Part shown: positions 51,463-60,890 of the stretch, one piece after another
Position numbering within the stretch: the first letter of the stretch is position 1
Layout: each line of letters opens with the position of its first letter
DNA from: Chthonomonadales bacterium
GTDB taxonomy: Bacteria > Armatimonadota > Chthonomonadetes > Chthonomonadales > CAJBBX01
NCBI GenBank assembly: GCA_027459625.1
Contig: DAIDHP010000008.1
Location: 38,862-102,861 of the forward strand
Reading direction: 5' to 3'
DNA length: 64,000 bases
The notes under the pieces: generated by a model
The model's database searches: none
Seen by the model: only the letters and a program-made list of their open reading frames with translations
Told to the model about the DNA's origin: nothing
Translations under genes and position numbers: made by a program

Positions 51463-52344
51463 ATGACTGCGTATGAACTCATACATATATTGAAAAGTTT
51501 TGACTATCGCGTGGCGTTAGACATACTTGCAGTAGCTTGGCTCCTATATCGTCTCCTTCTTCTAGCCAAGGGAACGAGAGCCATACAAATCATCTTTGGG
51601 CTGATCATTTTCTTTACGGCGGTTGAACTATCCGATTTGCTTCATTTCTATACGCTTAACTGGCTCCTGCGTCAAGCGTTCCCCCTTGGACCTGTCGCCA
51701 TTGTCATTCTTTTCTGGCCTGAACTGCGCCATACATTGGAGGAGTTTGGAAGACCAGGCTTCTGGGGAAGTACGCTTGGGTTCTCAGGCAAAGAGGATAT
51801 GGGGCAAATGATCAACAATGTGGTTAGCGCCGTGTCCGTAATGTCCATAAAACGCATAGGCGCTTTAATTGTTTTCGAAAGAGATACGGGTCTTGAGGAT
51901 ATCATCGCCACCGGCACAAGGTTGGATGCCGAAACCACCGCCCCTTTATTGGGAACGATATTTTACAATGGCACGCCATTGCATGATGGCGCGGTTATCA
52001 TTCGCGAAAGCAGGATCATCGCCGCAGGATGTATCCTCCCGTTAACCGCCAGCCCTCGCGTCGACGCCACAGTGCATACGCGTCACAAGGCGGCGCTTGG
52101 GATGTCGGAGGAGAGCGACGCGGTGGTGGTCATTGTTTCCGAAGAAACTGGCACTATCTCCATCGCAGTCGGCGGCAAGCTGATCCGAGGGCTTCGCGAT
52201 GAGACCTTGAAGGAAAGACTTTTCAGCCTATTGCAAATATCCGACAGCAAAGGACTGGTGAATACCTCGATCGGTATGATGGCAACCAAAGTCGGAGGAG
52301 CCATCAAGATGGGGCGCAGCAAGAATTCCGAAAACAATCCGTAG
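51463..52344 (+). CDS. cdaA: Diadenylate cyclase CdaA (membrane-anchored DAC domain)
   Basis: Three N-terminal TM helices, then GALIVFERDTGLEDI...GTPLHDGAVIIRESRIIAAGCILPLT...HTRHKAALGMSEESDAVVVIVSEETG. Confidence 0.9.
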   Translation: MTAYELIHILKSFDYRVALDILAVAWLLYRLLLLAKGTRAIQIIFGLIIFFTAVELSDLLHFYTLNWLLRQAFPLGPVAIVILFWPELRHTLEEFGRPGFWGSTLGFSGKEDMGQMINNVVSAVSVMSIKRIGALIVFERDTGLEDIIATGTRLDAETTAPLLGTIFYNGTPLHDGAVIIRESRIIAAGCILPLTASPRVDATVHTRHKAALGMSEESDAVVVIVSEETGTISIAVGGKLIRGLRDETLKERLFSLLQISDSKGLVNTSIGMMATKVGGAIKMGRSKNSENNP

Positions 52345-52379
52345 GAATCCTGAACCAAGCTCTTTCCATAAGGTAAATC

Positions 52380-53324
52380 ATGCTTAAGAGTCTTCGAGAA
52401 AACATCGCTTTGAAATTCATCGCATTGGCAATCTCTGTGATGATATGGTTTTATGTCTCCGCAGAGCGTAACCCTAATCCAAACATTACAAAGATGGTGG
52501 CTGCGGAGATAGTTCAAATTGGCACCCCGCCTGAAGACCTTATTTTGCAAATCCATCCCACATCCATTCAAGTGACCGTCACAGGGCCAAAGGATGAGGT
52601 TGACACCATATCCGATAACGAGATCAAGGCCGATGTGTCGGTCGCCGCGATTAACACTCAGTCAACTCAGTTGAGAGTATTAAGATATATCCCGCCCGTA
52701 ACAGCCCCTAACGTATCAATACAAGGTCGGAATACTGTCAACGTGGATGTCGTGCCTGAAAAACGGAAAACTTTAAGAATCATTCCCACTATCGCTCTCG
52801 ATACAGGGTTGACCAATCACTACAAGCCCCCACTTTTAACCCCTCAGTTCGCGGATGTCGTGGGAAGTTCGGAAGATGTTAATAGAGTAAAGAAGCTCAC
52901 CATTTTCATTCAAACGAATTCATCCAGTGTGAGCGCCGACCTTCCGATAAAAGCGCTGGATCGAAACGGAGCCGAGGTCAGTTCGGTTCATATCGAACCA
53001 GACATCACTCATGTGGATATGGAATTACAGCAAACGCCTGCATCCAAATCGCTGGTGATCAATGTGCCGATCACAGGTCAACCGGCAAAAGGATTCGTTA
53101 TAACGAATTTGAGCGTCATTCCTCAGATTGTTACGGTAAAAGGACCTTCCAAACTTCTGGAATCAATGCTGAACATCTCCACCATTGGCATATCCGTGGA
53201 AGGTTTGAACGCAGATACGGTGGTGGAGGTCCCTTTGCGAATTCCTAATGGAATGAGTGTTGTCGGTCCGGTCAAACAGATCAAGGTGATGTTGGATATA
53301 CGACCCGTCACCTCCATCCAATAG
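52380..53324 (+). CDS. cdaR: CdaR-like regulator (YbbR repeat protein)
   Basis: N-terminal anchor LKFIALAISVMIWFYVS, then repeated ~85-aa beta-rich YbbR-like units. Sits directly downstream of cdaA. Confidence 0.7.
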   Translation: MLKSLRENIALKFIALAISVMIWFYVSAERNPNPNITKMVAAEIVQIGTPPEDLILQIHPTSIQVTVTGPKDEVDTISDNEIKADVSVAAINTQSTQLRVLRYIPPVTAPNVSIQGRNTVNVDVVPEKRKTLRIIPTIALDTGLTNHYKPPLLTPQFADVVGSSEDVNRVKKLTIFIQTNSSSVSADLPIKALDRNGAEVSSVHIEPDITHVDMELQQTPASKSLVINVPITGQPAKGFVITNLSVIPQIVTVKGPSKLLESMLNISTIGISVEGLNADTVVEVPLRIPNGMSVVGPVKQIKVMLDIRPVTSIQ

Positions 53325-53356
53325 TGACGTATATTTCCCATTAACAGGCGAGCGAC

Positions 53357-54316
53357 ATGGAAACCAATATGCTTCCGATGACAATTGGGGATATTTTTGA
53401 TGAAGCGTTTGACCTGTACAAACACAATTTCGCTCTGTTCGCAGGCATTGTAGCCTTAGTGCACGTTCCGGCGGAAATTGGATTTTACCTCTTATTCTTA
53501 TCCTTCCATTTGGATGCATCGTCATTGTATGCCAGCCAGACCAACGACGTATCCTACGTGATCGGTTTTATGATCGCATGGATGTTTGTATTGATCATAT
53601 GGTCATTTCTCTTCATAATGCAAAATAGTGCGTTGACCATCGCCATTTCCGAGAAGTACCTTGGTAAGAATATCTCCATTTTCGGGGCGTACCGACGCTC
53701 GATTCCCTTCTTCTGGAGATTGAATGTAACATGGGGAATTATCTCCATGGCGATGTTAGCTCTTGTTTTTATCTTGTCACCGGTGTTCAGTTTTATTGTC
53801 GCCATCGCGGCTCCGTTTACAATCAATCAGAATAATCATTCCATTGCTCTCGTAGTAATTATCACATCCATTTTCCTGTCCATAATAGGCTTGGCATCCA
53901 TGGTGTTGCTGGTATTGATGGGATTGTTCATCACCCAGATCATTGTGGTGGAAGGTAAATCAAGTATCCAATCCATTCAACGGAACTTTCATTTGATACT
54001 CGGTAGGTTCTGGCGCGTAATTGGTTTCACAGTATTGCTGAGTTTAATCGTTCTCGCCCTATCCATCGCTTTCATGGGCGCCCTTTCCGCAGCCGTGGAT
54101 TTGCTCGTATTTCAGTGGGTGAACTTTTCACAACTCATACAGGATATCACCAACGATGTGCTGTTCGCTTTGATATGGATGTTTATTCAGCCGTTTTGGA
54201 TGATTTGCCTCACCTTGCTCTATTACGATCACCGCGTGCGCACTGAGGGGTTTGATCTATCCTTGCTGGACAAACAGATGGCGGGAAATTTCGTCAAAAC
54301 GGTATCTTCAAAATGA
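53357..54316 (+). CDS. Polytopic membrane protein of the 'glycerophosphoryl diester phosphodiesterase membrane domain'-like family
   Basis: Six or more TM helices. The C-terminal LTLLYYDHRVRTEGFDLSLL tail is typical of this family as I recall it. Confidence 0.6.
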   Translation: METNMLPMTIGDIFDEAFDLYKHNFALFAGIVALVHVPAEIGFYLLFLSFHLDASSLYASQTNDVSYVIGFMIAWMFVLIIWSFLFIMQNSALTIAISEKYLGKNISIFGAYRRSIPFFWRLNVTWGIISMAMLALVFILSPVFSFIVAIAAPFTINQNNHSIALVVIITSIFLSIIGLASMVLLVLMGLFITQIIVVEGKSSIQSIQRNFHLILGRFWRVIGFTVLLSLIVLALSIAFMGALSAAVDLLVFQWVNFSQLIQDITNDVLFALIWMFIQPFWMICLTLLYYDHRVRTEGFDLSLLDKQMAGNFVKTVSSK

Positions 54317-55086
54317 AACTACATGCCAAACGGATTGTCGTTTTCATATTGCTTTTGGTTGCCTTTCACTCTTACGGTTTAGCGCAGGCGCCTCCTAACA
54401 CCGACATCTCTCCTGTCAAGATCAAGCGGGACGTTAACAGGATACTTCAAAACCCGGATTACCAATGGAAATCCCACAATACCTCAATCCTGAATAAAAT
54501 CGGGAAGATGTTTATACTTATATTTCAAAAATTTGTTTCATTCTTCAAGAAGCTATTCCCAAAAACCAAGCTTCCTTCCACCTCCGTGAATCCTATCATG
54601 GCTAAAATCCTCATGGTCATCCTGACCGTCATTTTGGTTGCATTGCTGGCATGGCTTACTGCAGTTTTGATCAAAGGCGGATCCATTCAGCGAAAAAGCT
54701 CTGATAAAAAACGAACCAAAGTCCAAAACTCCAAATTGGAGGAGGAACCGAAGACTTTGGATCACCCGGAGGACTTGTTATCTTATTCGAAGACGATGTT
54801 TGATAAAGGCGAGTGGCGACGATCATATCGTTACGCTTTTCTCGCCATTCTATTGCTTCTGGATCGCAAAGGGTTTATCCAATACGAAAAATCCAGAACC
54901 AACGGGGATTATCTTCGTGCATTAAGGAGAAAAAAACAGCTGTACCCTGTGTTTCGAACGGTGTGTCTGGATTTCGACATGAAATGGTACGGGCATGCAC
55001 CTATTGACTCAGTGTCATGCAAAAGGTTTATGGAACACTACGAGGATATGCAGGGAATGATCGGAGATGAAACTGAGGCGAACTAA
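54313..55086 (+). CDS. DUF4129 domain protein
   Basis: ATGA overlap with the upstream gene. Signal/anchor, central TM, and C-terminal EWRRSYRYAFLAILLLLDRKGFIQYEKSRTNGDYLRAL...KWYGHAP block (DUF4129-like). Confidence 0.65.
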   Translation: MKLHAKRIVVFILLLVAFHSYGLAQAPPNTDISPVKIKRDVNRILQNPDYQWKSHNTSILNKIGKMFILIFQKFVSFFKKLFPKTKLPSTSVNPIMAKILMVILTVILVALLAWLTAVLIKGGSIQRKSSDKKRTKVQNSKLEEEPKTLDHPEDLLSYSKTMFDKGEWRRSYRYAFLAILLLLDRKGFIQYEKSRTNGDYLRALRRKKQLYPVFRTVCLDFDMKWYGHAPIDSVSCKRFMEHYEDMQGMIGDETEAN

Positions 55087-55095
55087 GGGTGAAGG

Positions 55096-55719
55096 TTACC
55101 TCGCCCCTCCGCCGGATAAGAGATTCAACGCCTCTCGAATTAAATGCCCGGCATTGCTCTTTCCCGGATTGGCTTGAATCACTCGTTCCGCCGCCCTGCG
55201 AGAATCGGCGCGCGAATATCCCAAGTTCACCAGAGCCTCCTGAATATCCTCGAAAAGGGCGTGATCTGTGATGTCACTCCCTGCAGATGGACGTTCTATT
55301 TTTTGCGCCACCATGAACTCGGTTAACCGATCGCCCAACTCGAGACAGAGCCGTTGTGCTAACTTCGCCCCCACGCCTGGGATTCTCACCAAGGATTTTT
55401 GATCGTTTGAGGATACGGCTATGCACAGTTCGCCCCACTCCATCACGCTCAGCATGGATATCGCCAGTTTCGGCCCGATGCCGGTAACGCTCGTCAGTAG
55501 AAGGAACAGTTTTTGCTCTTCCAAAGATCGAAATCCATAAAGGCTGATATCATCCTCACGAACAAGCATGATGGTAAACAGGGTGGTCTTCTCCCCTTCC
55601 TTCGGAAGACGTGACAATGTGGAGAGGGGGGTGTTGACCCGATACCCCACCCCTCCGACATCCAAAACCACGCTGTTCGCTTCAGTTCGTATAACGTTAC
55701 CAGTCAGTTGTGCAATCAT
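55096..55719 (-). CDS. ruvA: Holliday junction branch-migration complex subunit RuvA
   Basis: Start at Met50 of the ORF (MIAQLTGNVIRTEANSVVLDVGGVGYRV). HhH motifs GIGPKLA / PGVGAKLAQR. No ruvB is adjacent. Confidence 0.9.
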   Translation of the reverse strand: MIAQLTGNVIRTEANSVVLDVGGVGYRVNTPLSTLSRLPKEGEKTTLFTIMLVREDDISLYGFRSLEEQKLFLLLTSVTGIGPKLAISMLSVMEWGELCIAVSSNDQKSLVRIPGVGAKLAQRLCLELGDRLTEFMVAQKIERPSAGSDITDHALFEDIQEALVNLGYSRADSRRAAERVIQANPGKSNAGHLIREALNLLSGGGAR

Positions 55720-55732
55720 GACTTGACGCTCT

Positions 55733-56995
55733 CTAATTCCCGTCGTTGATTTCACGAATATAGATGTTCTTAAAGAAGAGAGGCGACCAATGGTGCTGAA
55801 GCTCGATCTGGCCGGTGCGATATATGGGTTTATCCCTCTCCCAATAGTTCTCCATGGTAACATCATTGGTTACTAGCTTGTTGTTCAAGTAGACAGTGAC
55901 TTTATCGCCAATCATTAAAATCTGGAAATGATTCCATTGGCCGGGGGGATTATCCGCATAAACCAATGGATTGGATGGATTATTCTGATTATTATACAAT
56001 CCGCCCGATCCCAAAGGATTATTCCAAATCTGAACTTGGGGGCTGCCGCGCAAATAGATACCGCTATCCCCCTTTGGCTCAATTTTCCAATCCACCCGGA
56101 GCTCAAAATCCTTGTAGTCCTTTTCGGTGCAAAGGTTATCATTTTTGCCGTCGTAACAGATCATGCCGTCCTTCACCGTCCAATGCATCTTCATCAATTT
56201 ATCCGCCGCAGCCTGCTTCAACGCCAATTCCTCAGGTGTCATCTTGGCTCGCAAAGGAGGATTCCCAACCAAAGCCTTCCATCCATCAAGGTTTTTTCCG
56301 TTAAAAAGAGCTGTAAACCCCTTTGGGGGTGTGTTATCCTTCTCTTGCTTGGATAAGTCTTTGATGCTAATATCCTTGAAGTCCACTTCGGTCGGTTCAT
56401 GACCTAGAAATCCAACATGTCCCGAAGGACGCAGCATACCGGGATGCTCAAGAAGCGTTTCGGGATCGGTCACATCATTGAGGTTGGCATCCACGATGGT
56501 CTTATTGTTCAGCACAACCTTGATGCGTCTCCCATTTGCGGTGATCTCCTCCTTGTTCCATTCCCCAACAGGCTTAAGCGCACCACGCTTGGCGGGCGCC
56601 ACTTTGTAAATGGAGCCACAATACTGACCTGGCTCCAAATGCGCGTAGGAGGGATCCTTGTTATCCAATATCTGAATTTCCATACCCATGTATGCGGCGT
56701 CCCCTTGGAGAGGTGCGCGTATTCCCACGCCGTTATTTGCACCGTGGGTTAATTTGAATTGAAAACGAAAGATGAAATCGCTGTAGGTCTTTTCAGTGAA
56801 TAGATTTGCGCTACTTCCCGCAGGACATATTAAAATCCTGTTCTTCGCCACATACCCGTCTTGTTGTCCCACGATAGTCCAGCCAGTGAGGTCCTTGCCG
56901 TTGAAGAGATTGACAAACCCATTTCCTTTTGCCTGAACTGATCCGCAGAGCATAAGGAGAATGAGTAAGATGCAACCGGAGCGTAATTTAGACAT
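55733..56995 (-). CDS. Secreted tandem DUF1080 (3-keto-disaccharide hydrolase-like) protein
   Basis: Signal peptide. Two modules each opening with LFNGK(D/N)L.GW and closing with F(K/R)NI.I(K/R). Confidence 0.8.
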   Translation of the reverse strand: MSKLRSGCILLILLMLCGSVQAKGNGFVNLFNGKDLTGWTIVGQQDGYVAKNRILICPAGSSANLFTEKTYSDFIFRFQFKLTHGANNGVGIRAPLQGDAAYMGMEIQILDNKDPSYAHLEPGQYCGSIYKVAPAKRGALKPVGEWNKEEITANGRRIKVVLNNKTIVDANLNDVTDPETLLEHPGMLRPSGHVGFLGHEPTEVDFKDISIKDLSKQEKDNTPPKGFTALFNGKNLDGWKALVGNPPLRAKMTPEELALKQAAADKLMKMHWTVKDGMICYDGKNDNLCTEKDYKDFELRVDWKIEPKGDSGIYLRGSPQVQIWNNPLGSGGLYNNQNNPSNPLVYADNPPGQWNHFQILMIGDKVTVYLNNKLVTNDVTMENYWERDKPIYRTGQIELQHHWSPLFFKNIYIREINDGN

Positions 56996-57116
56996 AAAAG
57001 GCTCCTCCTGTCCATTGTTTTGCCGATCAAGATATGATCAAGCTATTTGATTGATTGCGTTGATGTGCCTTGCGAAATAGTTGGAGGAGTTATGCGTGAA
57101 AACAGAATGAAAGGGC

Positions 57117-58025
57117 TTAGGAATGAATTTCGAGTTCAAGAGAACATTCGCGCAATAACCCATCCACGACAAGTTTAAGCGACGTCAATACATCCTGCAT
57201 CCGCCTAACATCATTCGGCTGCATTTCCATGGGGTGCAAATCGTTCAACGCCTCGGTCAGTTCCATGATTTGCTGAACTCCGGGATGGATCATATCCTGA
57301 ACCTTTGTGGTCTCATCAGAGCTTTTCGGAGTCTCCATCCCTCGGAAAAACTCAACTAAATGATCCATCGGAGAAGTCATGATCTCCTCCCGTTGATCGG
57401 GGCGGTTTTTCAACGCCTTCACCAGCTTGCCGGTTTGGTCACTTGTGATTTTTTCGTTTCTGATCTTTTCGACGAGAGCGTTTTGCAAATCCGGCTCATC
57501 GTTAAGTTGCTTGAGAAAGCGTGCGTGCTTCTCCGTTAGGTGTCCGTCGGATGGACGATTGGGGCTTGATACGACCTGTTCGCCGATTTTGCCAGGCAAC
57601 TCCAAAAGGTCCAGCAGATGCCCCACTGTTCTTTCGGAGATTCCAAGACGGCTTGCGATCTCTCTATTGGTGGATTCGAGTTTTGTTTTTACATTATTCA
57701 ATGCGCGAGCCTTTTCGAGCGGTTGCAGATCCTCCCTTTGGAGGTTTTCTATAAGTTGCTGAGTCAAAACTTCATCCGGCTCAACATCTTTAATGATGCA
57801 AGGCATCACGTCAAGGTTCGCCATCTGGGCGGCGCGCCACCGTCGCTCTCCGGTGATAATCATGTACATATTCACGTTCGCCAGAGGCTTTACGGTGATG
57901 GGTTGCAATACGCCGTGCTGTTTGATGCTGTCCGCCAAGCCCTGAAGACTTTCGGGATCATAATGCTTGCGTGGCTGATCTTCGTCCTCCACGATCCTTG
58001 ATGTCTCAATCAGTTCAATTTCCAA
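57117..58025 (-). CDS. ParB/Spo0J-family protein (ParB N-domain with GERRWRA box, HTH, divergent C-terminus)
   Basis: TTG start with GGAGGA RBS. QPRKHYDPESLQGLADSIKQHGVLQPITV...ITGERRWRAA...REIASRLGISERTVGHLL. No parA is adjacent. Confidence 0.8.
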   Translation of the reverse strand: MEIELIETSRIVEDEDQPRKHYDPESLQGLADSIKQHGVLQPITVKPLANVNMYMIITGERRWRAAQMANLDVMPCIIKDVEPDEVLTQQLIENLQREDLQPLEKARALNNVKTKLESTNREIASRLGISERTVGHLLDLLELPGKIGEQVVSSPNRPSDGHLTEKHARFLKQLNDEPDLQNALVEKIRNEKITSDQTGKLVKALKNRPDQREEIMTSPMDHLVEFFRGMETPKSSDETTKVQDMIHPGVQQIMELTEALNDLHPMEMQPNDVRRMQDVLTSLKLVVDGLLRECSLELEIHS

Positions 58026-58048
58026 TCGAATTCCTCCATGTATTCCTG

Positions 58049-58939
58049 TTAATCATGATTGGCGCCATTGGATTTGGGATGATTCCCCTCCGCATTTCGG
58101 GATAGGATAATGTTATCAATCAGCCGAGTGGATCCCAACTTGATAGCGGCAAGCAAAACAGCTTTGCTCTCAACGGTTTCTGTGCGATCAAGTGTCTCCG
58201 TATCCACCAATTCCATATATTGAACTTGAATGAGCGATTCCTTCCTCAGCAAGGATCTTGCGCATTCCTCCAACTTTTCCGCATCATTCACCCCCTCATG
58301 AAATAAAACTTCCGCAGCCTTTAGGGATTCATACAGCGTTGAAGCGACTCGCCTATCCTCTTGAGAGAGATAGACGTTGCGCGAGGAAAGCGCCAAACCG
58401 TCCGAATCGCGAATGATCGGCGAGGAGACAACGGTGAGCGTAAGATTGAGATCATGCACCATTCTATCAATAATTTTATACTGCTGGAAATCCTTTTGCC
58501 CGAAATAGGCGCGATGGGGTTGAACAATATGGAAGAGTTTTGCGCAGACCGTGGCTACTCCACGAAAATGACCCGGGCGCAAAGCCCCTTCTAACCGATT
58601 GGAGAACTCGGGAACATCGATGGATGTCAAACAACCATTTGGATACATCTCCTCCACGCTAGGCGCGAAGAGGGCGTCCGTACCAATCTCCTGAGCTAGT
58701 CGGGAATCGTGGCTCAAGTCCCTAGGATATTGTTCGAAATCCTCGTTTGGTAAAAACTGCGTTGGGTTCACAAATACCGACAGTATCGCGACATCGCATT
58801 CGCTCTTTGCTCTACGAAGCAAGGATAGATGCCCTTCATGCAATGTCCCCATCGTGGGAACAAACCCAATTGTTTTGTTTTCGCTACGAGCCGCGTGAAC
58901 AAAGGCTCGCACGGCTGAAATCTGCTGTATAGTTCTCAT
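58049..58939 (-). CDS. panC: Pantoate--beta-alanine ligase
   Basis: IGFVPTMGTLHEGHLSL, FVNPTQF, YFGQKDFQQ blocks. Start at Met13 chosen by the family N-terminus; upstream alternatives at 58960 and 58975. Confidence 0.9.
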   Translation of the reverse strand: MRTIQQISAVRAFVHAARSENKTIGFVPTMGTLHEGHLSLLRRAKSECDVAILSVFVNPTQFLPNEDFEQYPRDLSHDSRLAQEIGTDALFAPSVEEMYPNGCLTSIDVPEFSNRLEGALRPGHFRGVATVCAKLFHIVQPHRAYFGQKDFQQYKIIDRMVHDLNLTLTVVSSPIIRDSDGLALSSRNVYLSQEDRRVASTLYESLKAAEVLFHEGVNDAEKLEECARSLLRKESLIQVQYMELVDTETLDRTETVESKAVLLAAIKLGSTRLIDNIILSRNAEGNHPKSNGANHD

Positions 58940-59007
58940 ATTTCCATTTATCTCATTCATTTCCCAGGAATCCAAGAAGGATGCGCGAAATCTATCCGGG
59001 AATTTTG

Positions 59008-59808
59008 TTAGAAACTATTCTCCTCTGTCGGGAATTTACCATCTCGCACCTCCGAAGCGTAACGTTCGGTGGCTTGGCGAATTTCCACACCCAATTCGGC
59101 GTAGCGCTTGACATGACGATAGGAACGATCAGGATTAATCCCGAGCATGTCATGAAAAACCAATACTTGACCGTCACATAACGGACCTGACCCAATGCCG
59201 ATGGTGGGGATGGAGAGCGACTTTGAAATCTTGCCCGCCAACTCGGCGGGAGTCAATTCCAACACAACTGCAAATGCTCCAGCTTCCTGAAGCAGCGCGG
59301 CATCTTGCATGATTCGCTCGGCGGAATGGGCGTCCCTGCCTTGTACGCGATAGCCTCCAAACGCATTCACCGATTGCGGTGTTAATCCAAGGTGCCCCAT
59401 GACAGGAATACCGAATCCGGTCATATGCTGAACAGTTTCCGCAATCGCCGCTCCGCCTTCAATCTTTACAGCCTCGGCTCCGGCATCCTTAATCAACCGT
59501 CCCGCGTTCCGAACCGCTTCCTCCCACGAGCACTGAAAGCTCATGAACGGCATATCCGCGACCAAAAGGGCTCTGCGGAGTCCTCGTTTTACAGCTCTGG
59601 TGTGGTGAATCATCTCCTCCATGGTGACAGGAATGGTGTTCTCATATCCAAGGACGTTATCCCCGAGGGAATCACCCACCAAGACAACATCAACACCCGC
59701 CTCATCCACTAATCTGGCGGATGGGGTGTCATAAGCGGTCAGCATTACGATCCGTTCGTGGTTTTCCTTTTTTTGTCGTAAATCTGGAAGGGTAATCTTT
59801 TTCTTCAT
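59008..59808 (-). CDS. panB: 3-methyl-2-oxobutanoate hydroxymethyltransferase
   Basis: MLTAYD, LVGDSLG, VKIEGG blocks. Start at the second ATG (MKKKITLPDL), which has GGAG 7 nt upstream; 59820 is possible. Confidence 0.9.
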   Translation of the reverse strand: MKKKITLPDLRQKKENHERIVMLTAYDTPSARLVDEAGVDVVLVGDSLGDNVLGYENTIPVTMEEMIHHTRAVKRGLRRALLVADMPFMSFQCSWEEAVRNAGRLIKDAGAEAVKIEGGAAIAETVQHMTGFGIPVMGHLGLTPQSVNAFGGYRVQGRDAHSAERIMQDAALLQEAGAFAVVLELTPAELAGKISKSLSIPTIGIGSGPLCDGQVLVFHDMLGINPDRSYRHVKRYAELGVEIRQATERYASEVRDGKFPTEENSF

Positions 59809-60098
59809 TTTAGTCTCCATATTTTACTTCCCAGTCGTGCGGGAAGTCAATCCGAAGGCATCCATGCATGGGTTGTGAAGAGGTCGGTCATCCTGCCTGC
59901 CTCGATGCTATCCATTATGGCGACCGCGCAATCCGGTCACGAAATCGTTTATCTTGCCACGTGAATCCACTCCGTTTTACAAAGCAATCAGCATAGTCTT
60001 CAATTACAACGCGAGATTTACGCCGATGACAAATCCACAGGAGCAAATTAACGTTCTGTAAAGTATATAATATGAGTGTATAGGAAAGGCTTGGACTG

Positions 60099-60890
60099 AT
60101 GCTTGAGCGTTACGAAGAATCTCAAATATCGATTACAGATAACTACAATAACATATTTGATATTACGCACCACGATGTTCACCTGCAAAATCTTCCAAGT
60201 TCGTTAATTGGAAAAAGAATCGTTCAGATCAGCGATCTCCATCGCAGACACGATATACCCGACTGCATTTTGGAATCCGCCGTGGAATATATCAATGCAG
60301 TACAACCCGATTATGTGGCGTTAACAGGCGATTTCATCAACTCATCCCCGCGAAACATACAGCCGGTACTTAACATTTTATCTCATATACACGTCAAAGG
60401 GGATGTCTTCGCGGTTATGGGGAATCACGATTATCCTCACGGTCGCGGGGTTTTACCGGAAGGCATGAGAAAATTGGGCTTTCAGGTGTTGATGAACGAA
60501 TCCGTGAGGATCGGAAACGGTCTGTGGTTCGCGGGAGTGGACGATTTGCTCAAGAGTTCCTGCGAGCCCGAAAAAGCCTTGCAGAATATCCCTTTTAATG
60601 AGCCTGTTGTCATGCTTGCCCATAATCCGGATATCGTCAAACATATCAAATCGGACCATAATATGCTTGTGCTCTCAGGGCACACCCATGGCGGACAATA
60701 CAATCTGCCAATCCTCACTCCTAAACTCATCTGTCTCATCCACCTCCACACTAGGTTGATACACGGCTGGTATTGCGTCCGCAACATGCAACTTTACGTG
60801 AATCGCGGCATAGGTGTCTCAGGTGTATGGTTCTTGGCGAAACGTTACAAATGCGAACCTGAAATCACGGAATACACTCTTCTTCCGTAG
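60099..60890 (+). CDS. Calcineurin-like metallophosphoesterase
   Basis: QISDLH, TGDF, GNHD, GHTHGGQ motifs. Confidence 0.8.
   Translation: MLERYEESQISITDNYNNIFDITHHDVHLQNLPSSLIGKRIVQISDLHRRHDIPDCILESAVEYINAVQPDYVALTGDFINSSPRNIQPVLNILSHIHVKGDVFAVMGNHDYPHGRGVLPEGMRKLGFQVLMNESVRIGNGLWFAGVDDLLKSSCEPEKALQNIPFNEPVVMLAHNPDIVKHIKSDHNMLVLSGHTHGGQYNLPILTPKLICLIHLHTRLIHGWYCVRNMQLYVNRGIGVSGVWFLAKRYKCEPEITEYTLLP

Noticed and set aside
59809-59960. RBS-sequestering hairpin or 'pan' RNA motif in the panB leader: CTTCCC-gcacgact-GGGAAG on the minus strand, plus a CCATGCATGG palindrome.
   Set aside because: With the better-supported panB start (59808, GGAG SD) the hairpin no longer covers the SD. I cannot reproduce the pan-motif consensus from memory well enough to claim a match. 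It could be tested with Rfam RF01749.
59950-59970. parS site near the ParB-like gene (ttgcCACGTGAAtcc).
   Set aside because: Only the central CACGTGAA matches the 16-bp parS palindrome. The flanks do not match.
60040-60098. dif-like Xer recombination site (AT-rich GTATATAATATGAGT), given the nearby xerC/D gene.
   Set aside because: The alignment to the dif consensus arms I remember (..ATAA-TATATA-TTATGT.AA..) is poor. The sequence is better explained as a -10/AT-rich promoter region for the phosphoesterase gene.
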